Part shown: one piece after another, positions 20,069 through 30,077 of the stretch
How the letters are laid out: the number at the start of each line of letters is the position of its first letter
How positions within the stretch are numbered: the first letter of the stretch is position 1
DNA from: Acidobacteriota bacterium
GTDB taxonomy: Bacteria > Acidobacteriota > Thermoanaerobaculia > Gp7-AA8
Assembly (NCBI GenBank): GCA_034667465.1
Contig: JAXDJV010000007.1
Coordinates: forward strand, 81,988-145,987
Length of the DNA: 64,000 bases
Reading direction: 5' to 3'
Position numbers and translations under genes: made by a program
Notes under the pieces: generated by a model
Seen by the model: only the letters and a program-made list of their open reading frames with translations
What the model was told of the DNA's origin: nothing
Database searches by the model: none

Positions 20069-20518
20069 CTACCGTCCCGCGAGGTCGATCGTTGACGTGA
20101 ACAGCTTCTGCATTGGACCTGTTGGCGTGTCGAAATACGCCACACCGCGGAGCGTCGTCGGCTCGACAACATGCGTTCGCATCGAGCCGGTGGCGGTTCC
20201 CCACATCGCGAACGTTGCGGTCTCGGTCGAATGCGGCGGGATCGCAAGGTTGAACATCTCGGAGCGAGTGGGGAGCTGATAGTAGCCGCCGCTGGTGCTT
20301 CGGAGCTCGATGCGGCGCAACGTCAGTTGCTGGTCGGCGTTGTTGGTGATCTCGAGGGCGTAACGCAACCTGACCGTGCCGTTGCTGTAGAGGAAATCCG
20401 ATGGCTCGTTCGCCTGGCCGAGCTGGAGCTCCGGTTGCGGAAACGCCGGCTTGCCATCCTTCGATGATGACGCGCAGGCGGCGAGCAGGAGGACAATGAT
20501 GGCAGCGATTTTTTTCAT
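20069..20518 (-). CDS. Lipoprotein
   Basis: MKKIAAIIVLLLAAC lipobox. Confidence 0.75.
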   Translation of the reverse strand: MKKIAAIIVLLLAACASSSKDGKPAFPQPELQLGQANEPSDFLYSNGTVRLRYALEITNNADQQLTLRRIELRSTSGGYYQLPTRSEMFNLAIPPHSTETATFAMWGTATGSMRTHVVEPTTLRGVAYFDTPTGPMQKLFTSTIDLAGR

Positions 20519-21924
20519 GACACGATCGCCAGCTGGCCGGTCACTTCTTCCAGCTCTGCCTCTTCGGCAACCCATTCGCTGGTGCGGAACGACTTCTCCC
20601 ATCGCGCGATCACGACGGTCGCGAGGCAGTTGCCGATCACGTTCACGCATGTACGCGCCATATCCATCAGCTCATCCACTCCGAGAATCACCAGCACCCC
20701 TTCGGCCGGCAGGCCGAACGACGCGAGCGTCCCGAGCAGAATGACGAGCGATGCACGAGGCACACCCGCGACGCCTTTCGACGTCAGCATCAGCGTCAGC
20801 ATCATGAAAATCTGCTGCGTCCACGTCATGTGCACGCCGGCGGCCTGCGCGACGAAGACCGAAGCGAGCGCGAGATAAAGCGTCGTTCCGTCGAGATTGA
20901 AGCTGTAGCCGGTCGGCAGCACGAAGCCGACGATTCGCCGCGGAACGCCGAGGCGCTGCATGTTCTCCATCGCCTTCGGCAGCGCAGATTCCGATGACGT
21001 CGTCGCGAACGCGATCGTGGCCGGTGTTTTCACGGCGCGAAGGAAATCGCGGATCGGCACGCGGAACAGCAGCGCCACCGGCAGGAGCACGAGGAGCAGG
21101 AAGACGATCAGCGCGCCGTACAACGTCCCGACGAGCATGCTGAGATTCAGCAGGACGCGGAAGCCGTGTCCTTCCTTCATCGAATGCCCGAGCGTGTTCG
21201 CCATCGCCGCGCCGACGCCGATCGGCGCGAACTGCATCACGAACTCGGTGAAGCGAAACATGATGTCGGCGAGCGATTCACACCACCCGACGACGTGCCT
21301 GGCTTTCTCGCCGATGCTCGTCACCGCGAGCGCGAAGAGCACCGAGAAGACGACGATCTGCAGCACGTCGCCTTCCGCCATCGCCTTGATGATCGACGTC
21401 GGCGCGAGGTGGCCGATGATGTCGCCGAACGTCTGCGGCTTGCCCGGCGCTTCCGGCGCCGTCAGTCCTTTCGCGACCGCGTCTGCGGCGGCGGACGCGC
21501 TGGCAGCAGCCGTCGCTGAATCGCCGCGCTGTGCGGCCGCCTGCGATTCGGCGGCGAGCTTCTTCGCACGATCGGCGAGCACCGCTTTGTTCTCTTCCTG
21601 CTTCCTGCCGGCCAGCGAAACACCGACGCCCGGCTTCGTGATGTTGACCGCCGCGAGCCCGATGAAGAGCGCGAACGTCGTCACGATCTCGAAGTAGACG
21701 AGCGACTTCAGTCCGATGCGGCCGACCTGTTTGATGTCGCCGGTGCCGGCGATGCCGATCACGAGCGTCGAAAAAATCAGCGGCGCGATGATCGACTTGA
21801 TCAGGTTCAGGAACAGGATCGACAGCGGGCGCATGGCCAGACCCCAGTCGGGGGCGAGCCATCCGAGAAAGATTCCGGCGAAGAGACCGATGAAGATCTT
21901 CGTGGTGAGCGAGATTTTCGGCAT
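20515..21924 (-). CDS. Dicarboxylate/amino acid:cation symporter (GltP/DctA family)
   Basis: FATTSSESALP, LPTGYSFNLDG, DMARTCVNVIGN. Confidence 0.93.
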   Translation of the reverse strand: MPKISLTTKIFIGLFAGIFLGWLAPDWGLAMRPLSILFLNLIKSIIAPLIFSTLVIGIAGTGDIKQVGRIGLKSLVYFEIVTTFALFIGLAAVNITKPGVGVSLAGRKQEENKAVLADRAKKLAAESQAAAQRGDSATAAASASAAADAVAKGLTAPEAPGKPQTFGDIIGHLAPTSIIKAMAEGDVLQIVVFSVLFALAVTSIGEKARHVVGWCESLADIMFRFTEFVMQFAPIGVGAAMANTLGHSMKEGHGFRVLLNLSMLVGTLYGALIVFLLLVLLPVALLFRVPIRDFLRAVKTPATIAFATTSSESALPKAMENMQRLGVPRRIVGFVLPTGYSFNLDGTTLYLALASVFVAQAAGVHMTWTQQIFMMLTLMLTSKGVAGVPRASLVILLGTLASFGLPAEGVLVILGVDELMDMARTCVNVIGNCLATVVIARWEKSFRTSEWVAEEAELEEVTGQLAIVS

Positions 21925-21949
21925 GCGCCGCGAAGTGTAACCGGACGCG

Positions 21950-23515
21950 TCAGTTGCGGCGAAGGCTGAATGCGTGAAACGCGGCCGCGCTGCCGGCGAA
22001 TGCGATCGCGATCGCCGCGTATCCGGCCATGACGAGCGGCGTCGTGACGCCGTTCAGTCCCGCGTAATCGAGTGCGGGATTCGCTCCCTTGTCATTCATG
22101 GCGATGTACCAGAAGAGCAGAAACGCGACGATGAACGCCTTCGGATTCGCGCTGACGACGCCGAGCATCGTCGCCGCCGCGCAGACGAACACGATCGCGA
22201 TGACGAGCGGGGCGAGTGCAGCGGGACGAGCGAGCGCGAAGCGGACGATCGCTCCGGCGAAGAACGCGATACCGATGACCAGCGATGCTGCCAGCTTCCA
22301 GATGACGAAGCGCTCGCGCAGTTGCGGCGCGGCGCGGACGAGCGCGGTCGTACCGGCGCGCGATTCGCGGCACGCGACGTCGGCGATCGCGATCGCCAGC
22401 GCACCGAAAACGATCGGCAGCAGACCGATCACGCTCTTCATCGGGATCACGAGCGAAAGAATATTGAAGACGATGATGGCGATGAACGCGATCGGCATCG
22501 CGCTCACGGTCAGCATCGCATCGAGCACGACCGAACGCGCGAACGTCGCCCGTCCGCCGCTCGGCGTCAGCGCGAACATCAGCCGCGCGAACGGTTTCGC
22601 GAGCGCGTTGATGCGACCGACCCAGTTGCGTTTCGCTTTCTCCGTGACGCGCACGCGCGCCGGATCGAAACGATGGAAGAAGAGCGACGCGACGCCGAGG
22701 ATTGGCGCGGCCAGGAGACACGTCCCGATGCGCGGCAGCACGAGCTTCCACGTCGACGGCAAACCGCCGAACACGAAGACCCCTTTGCTCGCGTCGAACG
22801 TCGACGAGCCGATCGACACCTGATTCGTGTGCAGCGTGATCCGCAGCGATTCGAAGAGATAGCCGGTACCGGAGATGTCGAAGATCCCGATCCAGCCGAG
22901 TGACTGCGCCGATTTGTCGGTCATCGCCGCGACCACGCCGATCGACGCCATCCAGACAAAGAAGTAAACGACGTCGCCGAAGCGGCCGGAGAGCCACGGA
23001 ATCGATTCGAAGAGAATCGCAATCGCGGCGACGACGACGATCCCCGGCACGACGAGCAGCAGATACTGCTTCGCGAAAACGAACGGCTGCAGCGGCGCTT
23101 CGCCGCGCAGAAGCTGCATCATCATCGACGTTCCCATGAAGCCGCCGATGAAGGTGAAGAGGAAGGCCAGGTTGCCGGCGAACTTGCCGAAGAGATATTC
23201 GCCGCCGCGCATGCCGGTCGACGCAAGGACGAAACCGCAGCGCGTCGCGACGTCACGCCGCAGCGCGTTGGAGATGACGTAGAAGCCGATGAGGCCGATA
23301 AAGATCGTGGCCAGCGACGCGGTCCCCATCCCAACAGCGGCAGAGTTGTAGATGGCGCGCTGGCCGTTGATCTCCAGCAGCGTGCGGCCGGTCGACGGCG
23401 CCGGAACCCACAGGTACGCGCAGGCACTGAGCAGGAGAAAGAGGATCGCGGTCGACGGCCGGCGAAAGCGAATGCGAACGTCGTTGACGACGATCGCTGC
23501 GATGCGGCGAATCAC
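21950..23515 (-). CDS. ABC transporter permease-like membrane protein
   Basis: Many TM segments; overlaps the ABC ATPase gene. Confidence 0.75.
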   Translation of the reverse strand: MIRRIAAIVVNDVRIRFRRPSTAILFLLLSACAYLWVPAPSTGRTLLEINGQRAIYNSAAVGMGTASLATIFIGLIGFYVISNALRRDVATRCGFVLASTGMRGGEYLFGKFAGNLAFLFTFIGGFMGTSMMMQLLRGEAPLQPFVFAKQYLLLVVPGIVVVAAIAILFESIPWLSGRFGDVVYFFVWMASIGVVAAMTDKSAQSLGWIGIFDISGTGYLFESLRITLHTNQVSIGSSTFDASKGVFVFGGLPSTWKLVLPRIGTCLLAAPILGVASLFFHRFDPARVRVTEKAKRNWVGRINALAKPFARLMFALTPSGGRATFARSVVLDAMLTVSAMPIAFIAIIVFNILSLVIPMKSVIGLLPIVFGALAIAIADVACRESRAGTTALVRAAPQLRERFVIWKLAASLVIGIAFFAGAIVRFALARPAALAPLVIAIVFVCAAATMLGVVSANPKAFIVAFLLFWYIAMNDKGANPALDYAGLNGVTTPLVMAGYAAIAIAFAGSAAAFHAFSLRRN

Positions 23516-24387
23516 GCCGCCCGTCCCGTCAACGCAGTTCGTTCGTTCATGGTCCAGAGATACGCATCTTCGAGCGTCGGCTCCGCCGCGATCGCGCCGG
23601 CGAACGGCTGCTCATCGCTGACGACGCGCAGATGCACGCCGTCCGCTTTGCGTACCGCGCTCGAGATCGTGAGCCGCGCGCGCATCACATCCAACTCCGT
23701 CGACGGCATCACTCCCGCCCACACACTCCCCTCGGCGCCCCGAAGCAGTTCTTCCGGAGTTCCCATCGCGACGAGCGAGCCGCCTTTCATGATGGCGATC
23801 TCGTTCGCGACCGCTTCGACGTCGGAGACGACGTGCGTCGAGAGGATGACGAGCTTTCCGGAGCCGACTTCCGCGAGCAGATTGCGAAAGCGGACGCGTT
23901 CTTCCGGATCGAGTCCGGCCGTCGGCTCGTCAACGATGACGAGATCGGGATTGCCGATTAGCGCCTGCGCGATTCCGAGCCGCTGCTTCATGCCGCCGGA
24001 GAATCCGCCGACGGCGCGATTGGCGACCGTGTGCAGATTGACCGCTTCCAGCAATTCGCGGACGCGCTGCTTTCCGCCGGCGCCTTTCAGCGCGGCGAAG
24101 TACGAGAGGAACTCGAACGCGGTGAGGTTGTCGTAAACGCCGAAGTCCTGTGGCAGATAGCCGAGGCGGCGGCGGAGCGCGTCGGGTTTCGCGACGACGT
24201 CGACGCCATCGAAGAGGATGCGGCCGGAGGTCGGCTTCGTGATCGTGGCGATCATCTGCATCAGCGTCGTCTTCCCCGCGCCGTTGGGACCGAGCAGCCC
24301 GACGACGCCGGAGACGTTCAGCGAGACGTCCCGCACGCCGTAGTTGCCGGAGCGGAAACGTTTGGAGACCGATTCGATGCTGAGCAT
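23512..24387 (-). CDS. ABC transporter ATP-binding protein
   Basis: GPNGAGKT, FSGGMKQR, VDEPTAGLD. Confidence 0.95.
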   Translation of the reverse strand: MLSIESVSKRFRSGNYGVRDVSLNVSGVVGLLGPNGAGKTTLMQMIATITKPTSGRILFDGVDVVAKPDALRRRLGYLPQDFGVYDNLTAFEFLSYFAALKGAGGKQRVRELLEAVNLHTVANRAVGGFSGGMKQRLGIAQALIGNPDLVIVDEPTAGLDPEERVRFRNLLAEVGSGKLVILSTHVVSDVEAVANEIAIMKGGSLVAMGTPEELLRGAEGSVWAGVMPSTELDVMRARLTISSAVRKADGVHLRVVSDEQPFAGAIAAEPTLEDAYLWTMNERTALTGRAA

Positions 24388-24434
24388 GGCGTGCTTCTAC
24401 GACGAGATACGGCGGAAGTTGCGGACGGCCGCGC

Positions 24435-24525
24435 TGTCATCCTGAGCGTGAGCGAAGGATCCGGGCGTGTGGGGCGAGCAGCACGCGCCACCCGCGCAGA
24501 TCCTTCGCTCACGCTCAGGATGACA
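24435..24525. repeat. Palindromic element, copy 1
   Basis: TGTCATCCTGAGCGTGAGCGAAGGATC...GATCCTTCGCTCACGCTCAGGATGACA. Confidence 0.9.
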
Positions 24526-25057
24526 GGCGATGTTCCACGATCGTCGTGTTGAACGTCTTCCCCCCGATGTCGACGTACAGCTGCCGTTCGGTGATCGACA
24601 GCGAGATGTTCGTTCGTCGGTCAATCAGCGATGCGAACTCGTCGACGAATTTCGCATCGAACGCGTAGATCGGAATCTCGGATGCGCGATGAATCTTTTT
24701 CGCGAGGAGCTGCGGGAGGAACTGGCGGATGTCGCGATGCGTGTAGACGGCGGCGCGCCCGGCGAGCTTCATCCCGCGATGCAAACGGTCGGCGTCGGGC
24801 GCGCCGACTTCGATCCATGCGGTCACGGTTCCGGTGAGATCGCGAATCTGCACGGCCGGTTCGTCGCCGGCCGAAACGCCCTGCGTCATCTCGATCCCTT
24901 CCTCGAATTCGAGGCAGTACGCGAGCACGCGCATCAGCATGTACTCCGCGCTTTCGGACGGATGCCGCGCCACGCGCAGGTCGAGCGTTTCGTAGACGCC
25001 GCGGTCGATGTCGGAAAGCTCGACCGTCAGGTTGTAGATCGTCGCGGTCAGCGCCAT
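24515..25057 (-). CDS. yaeQ: YaeQ family protein
   Basis: MALTATIY...ARHPSES..YM..RVLAYCL...WIEVG.P. Confidence 0.88.
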   Translation of the reverse strand: MALTATIYNLTVELSDIDRGVYETLDLRVARHPSESAEYMLMRVLAYCLEFEEGIEMTQGVSAGDEPAVQIRDLTGTVTAWIEVGAPDADRLHRGMKLAGRAAVYTHRDIRQFLPQLLAKKIHRASEIPIYAFDAKFVDEFASLIDRRTNISLSITERQLYVDIGGKTFNTTIVEHRLSS

Positions 25058-26364
25058 TTCGTCTGCCGGATCGGTTCGTCGGGCGTTCGCACCGGCGAGC
25101 GATTGCCGTCGGTGTCGACGGCGCGCACGCCGAAGAAGTAGTTGTCGATGCGAACGTCTTTCGCCGTATACGTGCCGACCTTGCCGACGGAGATCACGCG
25201 CTCCCATTCGTCGGCGGTCGTCTCGCGAATAACGATCTCGTATCCGGCGAGGTCGGCGTCGGCACCGACGTCCCACGTCAGCGTCGTGTCGTCGCTGACG
25301 GCGCCGGCGACTTTCACGTTCTTCGGCGCAGACGGTGCGCACGCGGCGGTGCTCAGCGCGACTGCATTCGTGCTGGCGACGAGCTTCAGGTAATCGGCGG
25401 AAACGAACTGCGGGAGATCGCCGTACTGCACGCCGTTTTCGACGCGCACGTTCTGATGCTGATGGTGATAGTTCTCATTCGCTTCGGTGAATCGGATGGC
25501 CGGAAAACCGCGATCGAAGAATGGCGCGTGATCGCCGCCGCGGCGGTAGCGATCGAGTCGATAGACGAGACGGACGTTCACCTGCGGCAGCCAGCGCCGC
25601 GCGCCGTCGCGAACGAATCGCGCCCAGTGACGCGACGTCGAGTCGCCGATCGGCAGCGTGTTCGCGGAGAAGATGCGCAGCGTGCGGTTGTCGATCGCGC
25701 CGCTGCTTCCTTCAACGCTGCCGGCGATGTCGTTGGTGATGTCGCCTTCGACGTTCCACTTCTCGGCAATGGCGTGATCGGCGAGTCCGGTCGAACCGAA
25801 GAGTCCCTGTTCTTCGCCCATCACCGCGGCGAGCACGATCGTGGCGTCGGTCGGATATTGCGAAAGGACGCGCGCGACTTCCATGATCTCGGACGTCCCC
25901 GACGCGTCGTCGTTCGCGCCGGGCGCGTCGCCGGCCGAATCCATGATGTCGCTGTTCATCGAGTCGTAGTGACCGGTGGCGACGTAGACACGATTCGGAT
26001 CGGTCGTTCCTTTGATCGTGGCGACGACATTGATCATCTCCGCCGGCTGATCTTTCGTTCGCGGCCCGCTCTGCATCGACGACTGATACGAGATCGTCAT
26101 CCGCCCGTTGCTGGCGGCGGCGTAACGCGAAAGCTCATCGAAGATCCAGCGCCGCGCGGCGCCGATGCCGCGCGTGTCCGACTTCGTGTCGGAGAGCGAG
26201 TGACGCGTACCGAATGACGCGAGCTTCTCGACGGTCTGCTTCATCTTCGCGCCGTCGATGCGCGCGAGAACTTCGTCGAGCCGCATCGCGGCGCAGCGAT
26301 TTTCCTGCGCGAATGCGGAGAGTGAGGTCGTGGTGAGGAGAAGGAAAAGGACGAGGTGTCTCAT
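25048..26364 (-). CDS. Secreted M28 family metallopeptidase
   Basis: GHYDS, GANDDASG, GEEQGLFGS, GDH, HHQH. Confidence 0.9.
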   Translation of the reverse strand: MRHLVLFLLLTTTSLSAFAQENRCAAMRLDEVLARIDGAKMKQTVEKLASFGTRHSLSDTKSDTRGIGAARRWIFDELSRYAAASNGRMTISYQSSMQSGPRTKDQPAEMINVVATIKGTTDPNRVYVATGHYDSMNSDIMDSAGDAPGANDDASGTSEIMEVARVLSQYPTDATIVLAAVMGEEQGLFGSTGLADHAIAEKWNVEGDITNDIAGSVEGSSGAIDNRTLRIFSANTLPIGDSTSRHWARFVRDGARRWLPQVNVRLVYRLDRYRRGGDHAPFFDRGFPAIRFTEANENYHHQHQNVRVENGVQYGDLPQFVSADYLKLVASTNAVALSTAACAPSAPKNVKVAGAVSDDTTLTWDVGADADLAGYEIVIRETTADEWERVISVGKVGTYTAKDVRIDNYFFGVRAVDTDGNRSPVRTPDEPIRQTKWR

Positions 26365-26397
26365 CGCGATGCATCATCGCAGAAGAAACGTGCGGCG

Positions 26398-27372
26398 CTA
26401 TTTCTTGATCGACAGTTTCGTCGACGCGGCGTCGAGATACACCTTCGTCGACGACGGCACGATCGACGTACGGCGGCCCTTCTGAATCGGCAGCTTCGCG
26501 TAAACCTGCGTGGAGAGGATCGACGCGTGGCCGAGGATCTCCTGGATTTCGCGAATGTCGGTGCCGGCGGAGACGAGCATCGCGGCCATGGTGTGGCGCA
26601 GCGAGTGCGGCGTGATGTGGCGTTTGATCTCGGCGAGACGAACGTGCTTCTTGAAGATGTTCTCGATCGAGTAGATCGTCAGGCGCGTTCCGGAGCGGCC
26701 GACGAACAGCGCGGTCGTGTCGAGCTTCCGCTCGGCGCGCAGGTCGAGATAGTTCACCAGCGCGTCGGAAACGCCTTCAGCAGTCACCGAGACGGCGCGT
26801 CCGCGTGTGGCGCGGCCGGTGATGCGGATCTGCCGCTTGTCGAAATCGACGTCGGCGATGTTCAGCGCGACCAACTCGCCGATGCGGATGCCGGTCGAGA
26901 AGAGCATCTCGAGAATGACGTTGTCGCGCACGGCACAGAAGTAGCGATTGCGCGCGCCGGGCGAAGTGTCGCGCAGCGCGGACAGTTCGGTGATCTGTTC
27001 TTTCGGTGCGGCGAGGAGCGCACGCGTTTCGCGCGATGAGAGAACGGTCGGAACGCGATTCTCCACGGGACGCTTGATCTTCAGCTTGCGGGCCGGCGAC
27101 TCGTGCACGACGCCGCTCTCTTCGAGGTAGCGGAAGAACACTTTCAGCGCGGCAACCTTGCGGCGGATAGACGTGTCGCGGTAGGTCTCCGTACCAAGCT
27201 TGTCGAGATAACCTTCCAGATGCTCCGGAGTGATCTCGACCATGTTCGCGTCCGGCATATGGACGTGGAACTGGCTGAGATCCGACTGGTAGGCGCGCAG
27301 CGTCCGGTCAGAGAGGTTGCGCACACTCTGGCCGTGCTGAAGAAAGTCGGCAATCGCCTGTTGCACGTTCAT
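26398..27372 (-). CDS. XerC/XerD-like tyrosine recombinase
   Basis: TLRAYQSDL, TGIRIGEL, TPHSLRH, QEILGH..ILSTQVY. Confidence 0.85.
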   Translation of the reverse strand: MNVQQAIADFLQHGQSVRNLSDRTLRAYQSDLSQFHVHMPDANMVEITPEHLEGYLDKLGTETYRDTSIRRKVAALKVFFRYLEESGVVHESPARKLKIKRPVENRVPTVLSSRETRALLAAPKEQITELSALRDTSPGARNRYFCAVRDNVILEMLFSTGIRIGELVALNIADVDFDKRQIRITGRATRGRAVSVTAEGVSDALVNYLDLRAERKLDTTALFVGRSGTRLTIYSIENIFKKHVRLAEIKRHITPHSLRHTMAAMLVSAGTDIREIQEILGHASILSTQVYAKLPIQKGRRTSIVPSSTKVYLDAASTKLSIKK

Positions 27373-27492
27373 CGTCGTAACACCTTTGTTGCAGCTGGAA
27401 TTTTTGGAGGAAACCGAGTCGAAGTGTCGAGCGCGGGCGGCTTTTTGTCAAGGGTTATTTGTTCTCGCGGTATGCGGTAACCGCATGACACA

Positions 27493-27894
27493 ATGACGAT
27501 TGCGCGTATGAGCTGCGCGCTAACTGTGCGAGGACAACGACTTTTCATCCGCCCGCTCGACCCGCAGGACCTCGATGCGGTTCGCGATTTTCTCGGACGC
27601 CACGGCCACGTCGCTGGCACGCCGTCATCGGGCGCCATCGGAAAACTGGTCGGCGACCTCGTTGCCGTCGCGAAGACGAGCGAGGCCGGCGACGCGATCC
27701 GGCTCGACGATCTCTTCGTCGCGCCGGATTTGCGGAAGAAACGGATCGGCCGCTTCATGGTCGACGAACTGGTGAACATCGCGAGAACGATGAATCGCGA
27801 ACGTCTCATCGTGGAAGAGCCGGGCGACGCGGCGGAGTTTTTCCGTAAGGTCGGATTCGTGCAGCAGGGTCCCCGATGGGAACGGAGAGTGTGA
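27493..27894 (+). CDS. GNAT family N-acetyltransferase
   Basis: LFVAPDLRKKRIG, AEFFRKVGF. Confidence 0.75.
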   Translation: MTIARMSCALTVRGQRLFIRPLDPQDLDAVRDFLGRHGHVAGTPSSGAIGKLVGDLVAVAKTSEAGDAIRLDDLFVAPDLRKKRIGRFMVDELVNIARTMNRERLIVEEPGDAAEFFRKVGFVQQGPRWERRV

Positions 27895-30077
27895 TGAAAC
27901 GGTGGGCGGGGTTGTGCGGCGTGGCGTTGTTGTTCGCGTGTCAGCAGTCGACGCACAGCAAACCGCCGGCATCGGCGCCGCTGGCGGTTGCGCCGCAAAA
28001 CTCGGAGCCGGTAGCGGCGACGCTCGATGAAGCGCGCACGTTGCGGACGAGCGGAAAGCTCGCGGCGTACGAAACATCGCTCAAAACTCTCGCCCGTTCG
28101 ACCGACGCCCAAACGCGCGCACGCGCCACGACGCTCCTCGGCCTCTTCTATCTCGAACAGAAACGTGGCGCCGAAGCAGTCGTCTCACTGCGCCACGCGG
28201 CGGAGCTCTCGCCGTCGACCGCTCCGTATCTGCGGTTGCGCATCGCCGAGCTCGATCTGCCGAACGCGATCGCCACGCTGCAGCAGATCATTCAGGACAC
28301 GCCGGCCAGCTCGGCGGCGACCGTCGCACGTCTCCGTCTTCCCGGTTACTGCGCGCTCGCCGGAAACACCGCCGCCGCTGATGCCGCGATGACCGCGACC
28401 GCGGCGATCAACATCGATGAGCTGACCGAATCGGATTTCGTCGAGCTCGCCAACACTCTGGAAAAAGGGAACCGCGCCGATCTCGCGACCGCAATCCGCC
28501 TTCGCCTGCTGACGCAATTCCCGCAGGGACGCTTCACCGAAACGACCTACGCGAAACTCGCGCAGCTCAACCCTTCCCCGCTCGACGCGATGTCCGGCGA
28601 GGCAGCGCTCGACCTCGCCCGCCGCCTCGGCACGAACGATCGCTACGATCAGGATCTCGAGCTGCTCGCCCGCATCGCGCGCCGCTTTCCCGACCAGCCG
28701 GCGTCGCCCGAATACCGAACGATCCGTTTGCGCGCACTCTTCAACACGCGCCGCTATCGCGATCTCCTGAACGAGACCGCATCGCTGAACGTGAACGATC
28801 CCGCGCTCGTGCTGATGCGCGCACGCGCTGCATGGCGCGCCGGACAGCCGGCCGACTTTCTCGCCGGACTCAAACAGCTCGAGCGCGACTACCCGCAAAG
28901 TCCGCAGGCCATCGAAGCGAAAGTGCTGCGCGCGAAGTACTACACGACCGACGAGACGAACTACGACGTCGCTCTCGCCGATCTGCGCAGCGCGGTCGAT
29001 GCCGGCGCCGCCGGTGGCGAAGGCGAAAATCTCTGGAACCTCGGCTGGACGTACGTTCTCGCACATCGCGACGACGACGCGCTGCAGACGTTCGACCGCT
29101 ACGCGCGCACCTTCCCGGACGGCGACTACCTGAGCAATTCGCTCTTCTGGTCGGCGAAGATCTTCGATCGCCGCGGCCTCATCGCCGAGCGCGACGCGAA
29201 GTTCCGTACGCTGATCGCCAGCTATCCGTTCTCGTACTACAGCTATCGCGCAAAACAGTTGATGGGCGGCGCGCCGGCGATCGCTCCTTCAGCGCAGACG
29301 TTCCCCGACATCAGCGCGCAACTCGACAGCGTCAGCGATCCGCGCTTTGCAGCGGTACAGGAACTGGCGTGGCTCGGCCTGATGCGCGACGCCACGCGCG
29401 AGCTGAAGCTGCTCGCCGCCGCGAACCCCGACAATCTCGGGCTCGCCTTCGCGCTCGCCGATCTTTACGTCCAGGCCGGCGAGCCGTTCAAAGCGAACGG
29501 TGTGCTGCAGCGCCGCTTCCGCCAGTTCGTTCGCCACGGAGGCAACGACATCCCGCAGCGCTTCTGGGAGATTCTCTTCCCGCTCAACTACTGGGAAACG
29601 ATTCGCGAAGAAGCGGGGCGGCGTCAGATCGATCCGTATCTCGTCGCCTCGATCATTCGACAGGAAAGCGGCTTCGAGCCGACGGTGGTCTCGAATGCGG
29701 GGGCGGTCGGCATCATGCAGATCATGCCGGCCGAGGCGGCGACGATCGCGGCGAGGGCCGGGTTGCTGGAGGTGACGCGTGAATCGCTCTTCGATCCGAA
29801 GATCAATATCGCCGTCGGCGCCGCGGAATTCGTGCAGAAACTTGCGGCTGTGAATGGAAACGACACCCTTGCGATCGCGGCCTACAATGCCGGTGAAGAC
29901 GCCGTTGGCAAATGGATTGCTCACACGCCCATCGATGACATCGACATTTTCGTAGAGTCGATTCCGTATGCGGAGACCCGGCTCTACGTCAAAAGCGTGA
30001 CGAGGAATCGTTTCGAGTACCGGCGGATCTATGACGTCGCATCGGGGTCCATGCAGCAACAGACGGCGCGCCGCTGA
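27894..30077 (+). CDS. Slt-type lytic transglycosylase with TPR region (lipoprotein)
   Basis: LLFAC lipobox, IRQES, GIMQ, AYNAG, ETRLYV. Confidence 0.9.
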   Translation: MKRWAGLCGVALLFACQQSTHSKPPASAPLAVAPQNSEPVAATLDEARTLRTSGKLAAYETSLKTLARSTDAQTRARATTLLGLFYLEQKRGAEAVVSLRHAAELSPSTAPYLRLRIAELDLPNAIATLQQIIQDTPASSAATVARLRLPGYCALAGNTAAADAAMTATAAINIDELTESDFVELANTLEKGNRADLATAIRLRLLTQFPQGRFTETTYAKLAQLNPSPLDAMSGEAALDLARRLGTNDRYDQDLELLARIARRFPDQPASPEYRTIRLRALFNTRRYRDLLNETASLNVNDPALVLMRARAAWRAGQPADFLAGLKQLERDYPQSPQAIEAKVLRAKYYTTDETNYDVALADLRSAVDAGAAGGEGENLWNLGWTYVLAHRDDDALQTFDRYARTFPDGDYLSNSLFWSAKIFDRRGLIAERDAKFRTLIASYPFSYYSYRAKQLMGGAPAIAPSAQTFPDISAQLDSVSDPRFAAVQELAWLGLMRDATRELKLLAAANPDNLGLAFALADLYVQAGEPFKANGVLQRRFRQFVRHGGNDIPQRFWEILFPLNYWETIREEAGRRQIDPYLVASIIRQESGFEPTVVSNAGAVGIMQIMPAEAATIAARAGLLEVTRESLFDPKINIAVGAAEFVQKLAAVNGNDTLAIAAYNAGEDAVGKWIAHTPIDDIDIFVESIPYAETRLYVKSVTRNRFEYRRIYDVASGSMQQQTARR

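Noticed and set aside
26398-27372. Possible integron integrase or second island integrase
   Set aside because: No IntI-specific insertion, attC-like array or island context; flanked by housekeeping genes
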